Shown here piece after piece: positions 18,457 to 29,048 of a DNA stretch of 64,000 nt (positions are counted from its first letter, which is position 1; every line of letters begins with the position of its first letter). The position numbers were made by a program, and so were the translations under genes. The notes under the pieces were generated by a model, which searched no databases, had not been told where the DNA came from, and worked only from the letters and a program-made list of their open reading frames with translations. The DNA comes from Candidatus Bathyarchaeota archaeon (GTDB lineage: Archaea; Thermoproteota; Bathyarchaeia; Bathyarchaeales; Bathycorpusculaceae): NCBI GenBank assembly GCA_963777155.1, contig CAVZPM010000038.1, positions 32,001 through 96,000 on the forward strand, read 5' to 3'.

Positions 18457-18681
18457 CTAACGCTTGAAAATAATTAGGTAGTTTTTATTCTCTTCGATGG
18501 AAAACATTGTATTCTTGAGAAATAACTCAATTTGTGATCGGTCATAGTTGCCTTTAATTTTCAATTGGTACTTGTCTGGTTTTCTCTGTTCAACTATAAC
18601 TAAATTAGGTTGAACATAACCTTGGGCAACTAACTCGGTAAATAGAGCTACCGCTTCTTTCCTATTCAATTTGTTCCCCAT
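18457..18681 (-). CDS. hypothetical small protein
   Basis: 74-aa ORF with AGGA RBS. Confidence 0.6.
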   Translation of the reverse strand: MGNKLNRKEAVALFTELVAQGYVQPNLVIVEQRKPDKYQLKIKGNYDRSQIELFLKNTMFSIEENKNYLIIFKR

Positions 18682-18922
18682 GGTCCTTGCCTGCTTGCCA
18701 CACTAATAACACTTTGGTAGGTCCAAAAAAAACCGACCCAAATTTGGTGTCAGCAGAATGTGAAGAAAAAGTTGCAAAAATCGTCTCTCACTTGCGATTA
18801 AAGTCCAAACTGCACGCAGGGAAGATACGAAAAATACCGTAGAACATTCTCAATAATAGAGGGCTGTTTTTGGAAAAAGCTTCTTATTCGATGGTATCGA
18901 GTATTTCTCCTGAGGGGAAACC

Positions 18923-20168
18923 GTGGTTGACTTCTCGTTTGCCAAACGCGAGATTATTATTTTAGCTTTGGTGCTCTCCGTTTCCGCCTTAGTCAGGGCT
19001 CTACTATTTCCCATGCAGGGGTTTCCCACTGACACAGGAGATTTCATCTCTTGGTTTACAACTGCCTCTCAGCACGGCATAAGACCATTCTATTCCCTAG
19101 CAGGCTTCGCCGATTACCCTCCCTTTAACGTTTATATCTTCTGGGCGTTCGGATCACTTGCAAACGCTCTCAACCTAAACATGGCAGCAATGGTTAAAGT
19201 TGTTCCGAACCTTTTCGATTTGGCGACGGCAACACTGATTTTCTTTTTTGTTAGAAAACAGTCATCCCTTAATGTAGCCCTTGCATCTACAGCACTCTAC
19301 ACGTTTAACCCCGCGGTAATCTATAACACGGCGATTTGGGGGCAATTTGACGCCGTCTACACCTTCTTTCTTGTCTTGTCAGTTATGCTTGCATTAAAAT
19401 CCAAACCAGTACCCTCTGCAGTAGTGTTTGCGCTTGGGCTTCTAACCAAACCACAAGGTATAGCTTTGCTCCCATTGATTATTCTGTTGATTTACAAGAA
19501 GAATGGGTTGAGAAAGTTGTTGTTTTCTGTGCTTGCGTTCGCAACCACGGTTTTTGTTGTTGTTTTACCCTTTGAAGAACATTTCAATTTCTTTTCTAAC
19601 GAATATCTATTCCTCTGGCTATGCCTACTATAATTATGGTTCAGTCAACGCTTTTAACTTGTGGGGTTTGCTTGGGTTAACTTGGGTGCATGACGGTAGT
19701 CTATATGTTGTAGGTTGGGTTTTGTTTGGGGCATTCGCAGCTTTCACCTTGTATGTTGTGCATAAGCGTTTTCACGTTTCGGGGGATTATTTGGCGATTT
19801 TTGCAGCATTCATGTTGCTGTTTTGCTTTTTTATGTTGCCCACACGGATTCATGAGCGCTATATGTTTCCAGCGATAAGCATGTTAGCTCTAATGTTCCC
19901 CTTAATCAAAAAAACACGTTTAATTTATGCCACACTGACTGCAACGCTTTTTCTCAATGAAGCTGTGGTTCTCAATTGGCTCAATAACGGTTATCCTTCT
20001 GATTTTCCTTTTGACCCTGTGATTTTGGCTGTAAGCGCTATTAATTTATTGATGCTCGCTTATGCTTCAATACTAATGTGGCACGAGCTAAAAGGACACG
20101 TATGGCTCAAAGTCGAACCTACCCCTGCCGCACTAAACCAAACCCAATCGAGAGATGAGCCAAAATGA
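18923..20168 (+). CDS. GT-C superfamily polytopic glycosyltransferase (frameshifted)
   Basis: DYPP, FNPA, WGQFD, KPQ, NAFNLW, HERY motifs across ORFs 18923-19633 and 19533-20168. Confidence 0.85.
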
Positions 20169-22027
20169 ACTTCGACTTAAAAATCACGAAAAAAGACATC
20201 GTAACTATGATTCTGCTATCGATCGTCTTTTTTGGCATCGCTGTTTGGAATGTGGGAGAAGTAAAAGCGCCAGTGACAAATTGGCAGAGTACCACAACGC
20301 AGTATTTCTATATTGATTTAGGTTCAGTTCAGCATGTTCAGACGGTTTATTTTTGGGTTCAAAGCGGCAACGCCTCAGTCGAGGTTTCGTTAGGTACACC
20401 AGGAAACTGGAGCCACACCGGACAACTAACAAATGGGCTTCAACCTCGAGCTACAGACTATCAAGTCCAGCAATCTATAACTTTAGACGTTAACACACGG
20501 TATCTGGAATTCAACGTTTCAGCCCAAAACTACGATTCGAGACCTAACTTCTACTGGTCTGTTCCTAACCCCTCTGACCAGGAACCATCACCCTTCATCG
20601 CTGTCTCGGAAATCGGTGTATCAAACCCAGCCAACGAGCAAATTCCTATTGTTGGTATAACAGGGGAAAACGGCACAGACACAACCTTGACCAAACTTGT
20701 AGATGAGCAGGGTTTGCTTCAGATTCCGCCGACATATATGTCAAAAATGTATTTTGATGAAGTTTACTTTGCCAGATCAGCAGTCGAATTTGTCAACCAT
20801 CAAATACCTGAAGAGAGAACTCATCCAGATTTAGGAAAACTAATTCAGGCAGTTGGAGTGGCAGCCGTTGGGGTGACACCGTTTGGCTGGCGTATAATGG
20901 GAGTAATATTTGGCACTTTGATTGTTGCGGTTATGTACTTGTTGGGCAAGAAGCTGTTCGGAACATGGATTGGTGGGTTCTCAGCAGCGTTCCTGATCAC
21001 GTTTGACTTCATGCATTTCACAATGGCACGTATCGGAACCGTAGACACATACCTAATATTTTTCTCGTTGCTCTCCCAATTATTCTTCCTAATCTACCTA
21101 ACGAAAGTTCTCAGAGTTGGCTGGAAAAAAACTTCAATCTTGCCGTTGATGTTAGCTGTGGTTTTCTTCTCGCTAGGGTTCTCCACTAAGTTTGGGTTTC
21201 CGCTTTTTCCAGCGTTGGGTTTGCTTGTGTTACTTGCAGCAATTCGTCTACGGGAGATCCGGAAGCAAAATGGAAGTTTAGCCGACAAATACGTTGCTTT
21301 CTTTGACCATCCATTCCTGTTGCTTATAGCCTGCATCGGTCTTGTAGCTTTAATTTACTTCGCAACCTACATCCCCGACATGCTCTTTGGCGACTCGTTC
21401 CCGTCGATTGTTAAGTTGCAGTTTGCCATGCTTAGCTTCCACGGAGGCGCCGTTGTTGATTCATCTTCCGCGCCGTGGTGGTCTTGGCCCTTAATGTTGG
21501 GTACAGGCACAGTTCCAAGATGGTTTGACATAACATATCTGCCTAACAACGTTGTTTCTACAATTTCTGTTTTCGGTAACCCCGTGGTCTGGTGGGTTGG
21601 TTTTGCATTGATGCTTGTGCTCGCTGAAAGAGCAATCCATGGTAGAGCGTTAGTAGCGAACCTTTGGAGCAGAATCTCCAAGTCATCTGTGACACAACAG
21701 GTTAGCATACGTGGAAGCGGATGGGATTTGCCAGCTATCTTCATAGTTGTGGTGTTTGCCTTTTCTTGGTTGCCTTACGTTTTCATTGGCAGAGCAACCT
21801 ACATCTATCATTACTACCTCAGCGTGCCTCTGATTTGCCTGGCAACAACATACTTTATCAACAAATATTGGAGTACTCGACTGGGTAAAGTCGCTGCAAT
21901 AGCCATATTCGCGGGCGCAACGGCGATGTTTCTGCTCTTTTACCCTGTTATTTCAGGTGCTCCCGTCTCATCTTCCTTCATAAATGATTATCTCAGATGG
22001 TTCCCAAGCTGGGGGGCTTACGCGTAA
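20165..22027 (+). CDS. dolichyl-phosphate-mannose:protein mannosyltransferase (GT39/PMT family)
   Basis: YFDEVYFAR, HPDLGK, FGWR, SAPWWSWP, GNPVVWW, YIYHY motifs; extracellular beta domain. Confidence 0.9.
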   Translation: MNFDLKITKKDIVTMILLSIVFFGIAVWNVGEVKAPVTNWQSTTTQYFYIDLGSVQHVQTVYFWVQSGNASVEVSLGTPGNWSHTGQLTNGLQPRATDYQVQQSITLDVNTRYLEFNVSAQNYDSRPNFYWSVPNPSDQEPSPFIAVSEIGVSNPANEQIPIVGITGENGTDTTLTKLVDEQGLLQIPPTYMSKMYFDEVYFARSAVEFVNHQIPEERTHPDLGKLIQAVGVAAVGVTPFGWRIMGVIFGTLIVAVMYLLGKKLFGTWIGGFSAAFLITFDFMHFTMARIGTVDTYLIFFSLLSQLFFLIYLTKVLRVGWKKTSILPLMLAVVFFSLGFSTKFGFPLFPALGLLVLLAAIRLREIRKQNGSLADKYVAFFDHPFLLLIACIGLVALIYFATYIPDMLFGDSFPSIVKLQFAMLSFHGGAVVDSSSAPWWSWPLMLGTGTVPRWFDITYLPNNVVSTISVFGNPVVWWVGFALMLVLAERAIHGRALVANLWSRISKSSVTQQVSIRGSGWDLPAIFIVVVFAFSWLPYVFIGRATYIYHYYLSVPLICLATTYFINKYWSTRLGKVAAIAIFAGATAMFLLFYPVISGAPVSSSFINDYLRWFPSWGAYA

Positions 22028-22770
22028 CTGCATCAACAAACAACCCCGTCCAATCTATCCAGATTTCGGTGGTTCTTCCTGCTTACAACGAAGTAGACTA
22101 TCTGCAGCCAGCGGTAGAAAAAACCATTCAAGCCCTAAAAGAGTTCACCGATTCCTATGAAATTATTATTGCTGAGGACGGCAGCATCGATGGCACGGCT
22201 CAGCAAGCAGATGAATTGGCGCAGAAGACTCCAGGAGTTAGACACATTCATCGTGAAAAGCGGCTGGGAAGAGGAACTGCCCTAAACAATGCGTTTAAGC
22301 ATAGCCGCGGGCAAGTTTTGGTCTACATGGATTTGGATTTAGCTACCAATCTTATCTATCTCAAACCGTTGGTTGAAGCCATAACCGTTGAAGGCTACGA
22401 TTTTTCAACAGGTTCAAGAATGCTTCCCCAAAGCAGAGCTGAACGCACCTTTAGTAGAAGTTTAAGTTCTAAAACTTACAATTTTCTGGTGCGACACATG
22501 CTTGGTTCTAAACTCTATGATCACCAATGTGGCTTTAAGGCCTTCAAACGCGAGCCCCTTTTGGAGTTGCTAGATAAGGTGGAGGCGACTCATTGGTTCT
22601 GGGACACAGAAATCTTGGTCAGAGCCCATAGGCGGGGTTTTAAGATAAAAGAGATTGCAGTAGAGTGGAAAAGCGGCAGGGGTACAAAAGTTAACCTGCT
22701 TAAGGATTCGTGGAAAATGTTCCGGCAGATAATGGGACTCTGGTGGAAACTAAAGATAAAGAAGAAATGA
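21997..22770 (+). CDS. GT2 polyprenol-phosphate glycosyltransferase (DPM synthase-like)
   Basis: PAYNE, EDGS.DGT, DLD, GSR, DHQCGFKAF, WFWDTE. Confidence 0.9.
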   Translation: MVPKLGGLRVTASTNNPVQSIQISVVLPAYNEVDYLQPAVEKTIQALKEFTDSYEIIIAEDGSIDGTAQQADELAQKTPGVRHIHREKRLGRGTALNNAFKHSRGQVLVYMDLDLATNLIYLKPLVEAITVEGYDFSTGSRMLPQSRAERTFSRSLSSKTYNFLVRHMLGSKLYDHQCGFKAFKREPLLELLDKVEATHWFWDTEILVRAHRRGFKIKEIAVEWKSGRGTKVNLLKDSWKMFRQIMGLWWKLKIKKK

Positions 22771-22772
22771 AC

Positions 22773-23312
22773 TTAGCGCTTAGCTAATAAAACAAAACTG
22801 CGAGAAATCAGCGCTAAACCGAAGATGAGCATTATTCCTGCCCAGAAAACAAACCATTCGCTTGGTATAGTCATGTTAACTAGGTAGGTAATTATTAGGT
22901 AGCTTGTACCAAGCCAAAACACGATGTTTTCTATAGTTTCAGCTTTACGTGGAACAGGCGAGTGAAATCCAACCCTGAGCAATAAGATTATGATTTCTAA
23001 TATTCCTACTGCCAAAGCAAATTGGAAAGCTGCGATGTACAGATTTATATGGGCAGCTGGATCTGCGGGTGCAGGCAAAGAGATGCCGGTTGAAGGAACC
23101 ACGGAAAGCTTAAGTGATGTAAAAAAGTTCACCAAGTCGCTCCAAAGGTTATTCGATATATGAATGTAGTAAACTACAGCTAAAATTATGAATACGGAGC
23201 CGATGTAAATGGCGTTTAGGAGGCTTTCTTTTCGCTTATCTGCTAACGAACCTAAACCAAAGTCAATCTTCAAGCCAAGTTTCTCCATTCGAAAATGCAG
23301 GGTTTGCCACAT
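22773..23312 (-). CDS. 4-TM membrane protein (paralog of 44271-44783)
   Basis: Hydrophobic helices; shared PA.PA.H, IVFWLG, WF.FW motifs. Confidence 0.75.
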   Translation of the reverse strand: MWQTLHFRMEKLGLKIDFGLGSLADKRKESLLNAIYIGSVFIILAVVYYIHISNNLWSDLVNFFTSLKLSVVPSTGISLPAPADPAAHINLYIAAFQFALAVGILEIIILLLRVGFHSPVPRKAETIENIVFWLGTSYLIITYLVNMTIPSEWFVFWAGIMLIFGLALISRSFVLLAKR

Positions 23313-23389
23313 ATATCTTTCTCTTTAAGCGGCATACTGCATGTTTTAAATACGTAAAGCAGATAAACTATTATTTGGGATGAAAATTC

Positions 23390-23809
23390 ATGTCGTATTG
23401 TCCAAAATGTGGCAATAAAGTGGATGAGACTATGGCTTTTTGCCCACGTTGCGGGGCTTCGTTAAAAACAACGGAACAAGTACACTCTACACCACCACCT
23501 GCTCAGCCATACCGGCGGCGGGATGAGAAATCAGAGAAAAATGAGAAGCAAGAAAAACAAGAGAAAAACCAAAGTTCCCAGCGTGGCGAAAAACAAGAGA
23601 AAGGCGAAAGCGGCTTTATTGGCTACTTAATTGGTGGACTTATTCTTGTCACTCTTGGTTTTTTCTCTGTGCTTCAGATAAGCGGTTACTTTACTGCAAG
23701 TTCTGGTCAAAGTTGGGCAGTTATGCTGTTAATCATTGGCATAATCATCATTGTTGGCGCTATCTATGTTGCTTTGATTGCACGTCGACGCTCTCCGCAA
23801 CCACCCTAA
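23390..23809 (+). CDS. zinc-ribbon domain membrane protein
   Basis: YCPKCG...FCPRCG, EK-rich linker, two TM helices. Confidence 0.85.
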   Translation: MSYCPKCGNKVDETMAFCPRCGASLKTTEQVHSTPPPAQPYRRRDEKSEKNEKQEKQEKNQSSQRGEKQEKGESGFIGYLIGGLILVTLGFFSVLQISGYFTASSGQSWAVMLLIIGIIIIVGAIYVALIARRRSPQPP

Positions 23810-24945
23810 ATTATCCTCCCTAAAAACGCTCGATAAAGCCGATGTTCTAGAAGTGTTGATGTTTTCTTTCTTCCGAATACTCGGTAATGGTTTTTTCCTG
23901 CAGCTTCAATCAAGTCTCCAATTTCGTAGCGTGGAAACATACATGAGGAAACAATCAAGCTACCCCATTCGCCCCTTCTTAGTTCATGCAACATCTTGAT
24001 ACCCCTGCCCGTTGCAACTTCAAACAAATATGAGTCGTAGTTTGGGGTAATGTAGGGTAAGTCGTCGAGTTGTTGACCGAAGACTCCTTCTGTGGCAGTG
24101 TACATTTCCACAATTGGCACTTCGCCGAAATATTTTTTGAGGATAGGTCCATATTTGAAATGGATTTTAGGAACACTGGTGCAGAATATAGCTTGGGTTT
24201 TCCATAGATCTGCGGGCTTCTTTCCGTATTTGCGTTTAATGTATCTGGCGAAGGACAGGATTACGGGGGTTACACCCATGGCTGCAGTAACATTTTGGTT
24301 TTGAGCCATCTGGTATGCAAGGTCGAAGCGTTTCTCCCAGTCTGCTCTGCCGACACCACTTCCTAAAACGTCGATTTCTTCTTGTCTCGGAAGAAGACTT
24401 ACTCTGTCAAACATCGGGTTAAGCCGTGCATAGGTTCCTGAACTGTAGCCATATGTAACTTGTTTGCCGTCAACTTCCATGGTGTGGACATTTGAGGGAA
24501 AATTTAAGTTGAGTATTACACCCATAAAGACCTCATAGCTTTTTTTCCTAACGGCATAGTTGATGAGTCCTCTTGCGCCACAACTATAGATTTGTTTTAG
24601 GTGGGTTTGAGTTGCAGGTAGGACTTTCGATTGTCCTGTTGATCCTCGTGTCATAACCCAGGTTTCTGGCGGTTCAGACAAAAATGCCTTGTAACTGCGT
24701 TCTTTTACCTGAATCAGATATGGAGTGAGCTCTGAATAATTAATTATGGGAAAATTAGCACGATAATCAGAAATGTTTTTGACTTGGGAGACATTGTGAC
24801 TTTGGCCATATTCAGTTGTCTGATATTTCTGAACCAAATCATCAAGCACCTGTCTCTGTGCTTTCTCAGGATTTTCGATTGAGTCATACCATGGTTGAAC
24901 GTATGGTCGCAATATACTGTTCACAGCATCTTGGTCAGGTAACAT
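23806..24945 (-). CDS. GH3 family acyl-adenylating enzyme
   Basis: TRGSTGQSKVLP P-loop, YTATEG, RYEIGDLI motifs. Confidence 0.85.
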   Translation of the reverse strand: MLPDQDAVNSILRPYVQPWYDSIENPEKAQRQVLDDLVQKYQTTEYGQSHNVSQVKNISDYRANFPIINYSELTPYLIQVKERSYKAFLSEPPETWVMTRGSTGQSKVLPATQTHLKQIYSCGARGLINYAVRKKSYEVFMGVILNLNFPSNVHTMEVDGKQVTYGYSSGTYARLNPMFDRVSLLPRQEEIDVLGSGVGRADWEKRFDLAYQMAQNQNVTAAMGVTPVILSFARYIKRKYGKKPADLWKTQAIFCTSVPKIHFKYGPILKKYFGEVPIVEMYTATEGVFGQQLDDLPYITPNYDSYLFEVATGRGIKMLHELRRGEWGSLIVSSCMFPRYEIGDLIEAAGKNHYRVFGRKKTSTLLEHRLYRAFLGRII

Positions 24946-25020
24946 AACTCTCGCTAAGTCTTTGTCATGGTTTTGCTTATATGCTTCTCCACTAATAGAC
25001 TAAAAATAGGTTGAAGCATC

Positions 25021-25944
25021 ATGGCAGAAATAGTTAAAGACACAGCGGAAAGAATAAGAATGCTCCAAGTTCAAGGCGCCCGAAACGTCGCCATAGCCGC
25101 TGTCAAAGCCATCCAAACACAAGCAGAAAAAACCAGAGCAAAAAACAAAGCCGCCTTTCTATCTGAACTTAAGGAAGCCCAAACCATCTTTGTTGCTTCC
25201 AGAGAAACTGAGCCATTGATGCGAAACGCCATTCGCTTCATAAACACAAAAGCCCAAGGTGCAGATACAGAAAAAGTTGCGGAGTTGAGCCGTCTGGTGT
25301 CTTCTGCCGCAAACCAGTTTTTGACTGAGTTGGATGCGTCAAGGGAACGCGTTGCAGAAATAGGCGCAAAACGAATCTGGGATGGCATGGTTATTTTTAC
25401 CCACTGTCACTCCTCAACCGTAACACGTATGATGGCTAAGGCAAAAAACCAGGGCAAAAATTTCAAGGTAATCTGCACCGAGACGCGCCCTGCCTTTCAG
25501 GGAAGAATAACCGCCAAAGAGCTTGTGGACTTAGGCATTGAAACCACATTTATTGTTGATTCGGCAACGCGAACTTTCATTGGTGATGCAGACTTTGTGG
25601 TTGTCGGTGCAGACGCAATAACCTCCGAGGGCAATGTCGTAAACAAGATTGGAACAAGCGCTATTGCAGTACTAGCCCATGAGGCCCGCAAACCGTTCTA
25701 TGCGGTTTCGGAACTCCTTAAGTTTGATCCGGAAACCCTTGGCGGCGAATGTGAAAAAATCGAGCAAAGAAGCCACACAGAAGTTTGGAGCGAAGCGCCA
25801 CCAAAGCTTACCATAAGAAATCCCGCTTTCGATGTCACCCCAAACCGTTACATTCACGGCCTAATTTGTGAAGAAGGTATAATCGCTCCACAAGTGGTCG
25901 TGGAAGTTATGCGTCGCAGGTTTCCATGGGTTTTCCTCTCTTAA
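25021..25944 (+). CDS. ribose-1,5-bisphosphate isomerase (eIF2B-like)
   Basis: VQGA, THCHSS, ETRP, VGADAI, NKIGT, NPAFDVTP; near RuBisCO and AMP phosphorylase. Confidence 0.88.
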   Translation: MAEIVKDTAERIRMLQVQGARNVAIAAVKAIQTQAEKTRAKNKAAFLSELKEAQTIFVASRETEPLMRNAIRFINTKAQGADTEKVAELSRLVSSAANQFLTELDASRERVAEIGAKRIWDGMVIFTHCHSSTVTRMMAKAKNQGKNFKVICTETRPAFQGRITAKELVDLGIETTFIVDSATRTFIGDADFVVVGADAITSEGNVVNKIGTSAIAVLAHEARKPFYAVSELLKFDPETLGGECEKIEQRSHTEVWSEAPPKLTIRNPAFDVTPNRYIHGLICEEGIIAPQVVVEVMRRRFPWVFLS

Positions 25945-26093
25945 CCTGCCAAATTGCTTACTATCGATCGCCTGTTTTACGTTGGATTAGTACAAAATAG
26001 TGTGTGAAGGATAACTGGTGAAAACTGAAATATTAGCCCTTAAAAAACATAAAATAAAAAAAGGAGAGATTGTTTTTTGTTTGTGTGGTTTTT

Positions 26094-28643
26094 TTATGGT
26101 CGTTTCTTCATCATCATTACTACTAGTAGAACTAGTACTATGATGATTAAGACGAATAGACCTGCAATTGCTGGTACGAAGTATGTGTCAGCTGTTGATG
26201 CTGGTGTTGGTGTTGGTGCTGTGGTTGCTGCTGGTTGGTCTTCAACGAAGAAGGCGCTTTGAGCGACTGATCCATAGTATGCTTCAGAGCCTGCGAAGGT
26301 GACGTAGACTGTGTATGAGCCTGAGATGTCTGGTTTCCAGTTGAGTTTGTATGCGCCTGTGAGGTCGCTTGTGGTTGTGCCAACTACACGGTAGTTTCCG
26401 TTAGCGTCAAGGACACTAACAGTTAATGGAACACCACTTGCGTTGTTTGGACATTCGAATTGCTTGTAGACATAGAGCATCCATGCACTTTGGCTTGCGT
26501 CAGAGACTGCTGGAACACCATTGGGGAACCGTGTTTTTAATGCGTCTGTTTGAGTGCCTGCTGAAGTGTCGACTACTGTGCCCTTTATAACGACAGTTTT
26601 GCCGAATTCAACTGACACGTCAGGAGCTGTTACTGTTAGTGCTGTTGGTCCTTTGCCGATTGCGTAGATACGTTGGTCGTATGTGTCCATGGTTGCTATG
26701 ATGCTGTCGCCGATGATGCCGTTACCGCCCCAGCGGGTTTCACGGTACATACCGTTAACACGCCAAATTTCTGATGCCGTCAGTTGCGTTGATGCATATG
26801 TATGGTCCGCCTCTTGGTATTGGTTGTTCAGCTGAGTGCTCAAGGGTGCCGATATAGATTTTACCGTCAGCAATCAAGTCAATCCAGCCCCACCAGTTCT
26901 CGCCAGTGACAGGTTCATTGTATGGGTCAGTCATTTGGTAGGTCCATGTTGTTGCGCCAGTCTTCAGGTCGTAAGCATATAGTATGCCTGCGACACCGAC
27001 TGAGTAGAGTTTGCCGTATGCATAGTACCAGGTGTGTTCAACGTTGCCCCAGCCGTACATGTCTAAGTAGTTTTCAGAGGCAGTTGCCCATAGGTATTGG
27101 CCGGTTTCAACGCTAAAGGCGTAGTGGGTTCTTAGTTCTTTGTCCCAGACTGCGATGACGCCGTCTTTGACATAGTTGGTTGCGCCGGAATAGTGCAGTG
27201 TGTTTGAGCCAGAGAGCCATTCAGAAGGTGCTGCCCAAAATACATTGAAGAGCAATGATGTTGATGTTGAAGTTTTTGTTAAGCCTGCGAGGTTTAGTGC
27301 CCATACTTCAACGGTGGTTTGGTTGAAGTAGATTGACATAATTCTGTCATTGTTGTAGACTTTTGCAAATGGTGCAAAGAAGGATGTGCCAGCTGTAATT
27401 CCTGAGGGGATTGTTACGTTCCATGAGTAGGATTTTGGATTTGTTGCAACGAGTGTCTTTCCGTGTACGTTGCTTGCCCAACTACCCAAGTCTGGAGAGT
27501 TTACGGTTGTAGTCTGTAGTCCACAAAGTGTTGAGTTCCAAAGTGCCATCCAATGGTTTTGGAAGTCTATTTGGTAGATTAGAATTTCACCGCTTGGACC
27601 GCGAACAGTAGCTATGCCTGAAGGAACGTTTGTGAAGGTGAATTCCCATGATCCGTCAAAAGGATCGTATGCATTCCATGTTGTGCCTTGGTTTGCGTAG
27701 ACGTATGTGTATACACCGTCGACGTTGTAGCTGTTCCAGTATAGAATTTGGCCGAATGATAGTGCTGTATTGTTCTTGAACCAGAGATCTTTTCCTGTGT
27801 GCAGGTCAACTGCTTTTATGCCTTGTACACCAAGAGTGCTGCTGTATGTTCCTCCTGGTGCGACGTTGTAGTAGAGTATACCGTTCATTATTATTGAGCC
27901 ACTGAATTTGCCTTCGTATGCGTCGCCTGATTCAGAAGATGCTGGAACTTGTCCATCGCCCCACAGTCCACCGGTTAAACCGCCAGTGGTTAAGTCTTTA
28001 GCCCATAGAGTGTGTGCGGTGGTTGGTGCATCATCATTGTAGAGTGCTATTGAGTTTTCTGGTATTGTCACCCAGTTGCCTGAGATGGAGTACCATTCTC
28101 TTAGCTGTGGATCGATTGGGCGACTCCAGTATTCAGTTGGAAGAGCATGACCTGGATAAGATAGTAATGGTTCAGTGGTGACTTCAAGGGTCATTGTGGC
28201 TGTGCTTGCTAGCATTACTGTGCCTGGGAGCAATGTAGGAGCCTCGTTCAAAGTCCATGAATCCAGGGACTGCTACTGTGTTGTTGGGGAAGTTTGTCGT
28301 TATCGTATAGTTTCCTTCCTGGGTTGGTGTGTATGTTGTGAAGCTTGAGCCTGTGGAGTCTGTGCTGAATGGGCCAAGTGTTTCTGTGGTGCCGTCAGGT
28401 TTTACAACAGTTATTGTAATACCTGTCCACTTTCAGATCGGCGGAGCCTAAGGCTTGAGAGATACCGAATTTGAGTAGTGTTTCTTGTCCAACTCCTGTT
28501 GGGCTGGGTATTGCGTCAGCTATGGCGTAGGTTTTCTGTGTAATTGCTGCCTGTGCATTTACAGGGCTTATGTGTACCGATGTTACAACGGACATTAGAA
28601 ATGCAAATATCAATAACATTCCGATTGCATTTTTTGTTTTCAA
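26094..28643 (-). CDS. secreted PQQ-like beta-propeller repeat surface protein (frameshifted)
   Basis: ORFs 28395-28643, 26755-28251 and 26094-26873 join into a paralog of 622-3324 (LPTEYW.RP, GVPAVSDAS, ADTYFVPA-TM-KKRP). Confidence 0.85.
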
Positions 28644-29048
28644 TTTTTTTTCCTCTTTGTATTTTTCTTTCTATCTTTTTTGAATAGGTAAACTATGTTT
28701 TATTCAAACAAAGGATTACCTATCTGCAAATCTATCATAAAATTCGCTTATAAGACTTTCTGGCAAGCGGTCACTGTCACCTGAGAAAAACGCCAATTTT
28801 TCATTGTAATGGCTAAAATGACAATGTCTTAAACATCTCAGGACCATGATAGGCACTACATAAGAAGGAAAGTCTACTTCTAATACGCACCGCAATAATT
28901 GTCCTATAGACCTCTTTTAACTCTGCTCAAGGAGCAGAATTTTTCATCACTGGAATCAGAAGCACACTTTTTCAGAAAAACTATACAGAGGAGTATTTGG
29001 GAGAGATTCTGTTCCGCTATAAACATGCGTGATAGATCTGTTGATAGT

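Noticed and set aside
25021-25944. Methylthioribose-1-phosphate isomerase (MtnA) or true eIF2B
   Set aside because: THCHS rather than THCN motif, no MtnA N-terminal extension, and pathway context favour R15P isomerase
26094-28643. Phase variation or Sec/Pyl read-through in the second propeller gene
   Set aside because: Breaks are frame changes in short runs, not in-frame TGA/TAG codons or long slippage tracts
28886-28896. CGCACCGCAAT shared with about 62429-62439
   Set aside because: A single 11-bp match between unrelated intergenic regions is compatible with chance in 64 kb
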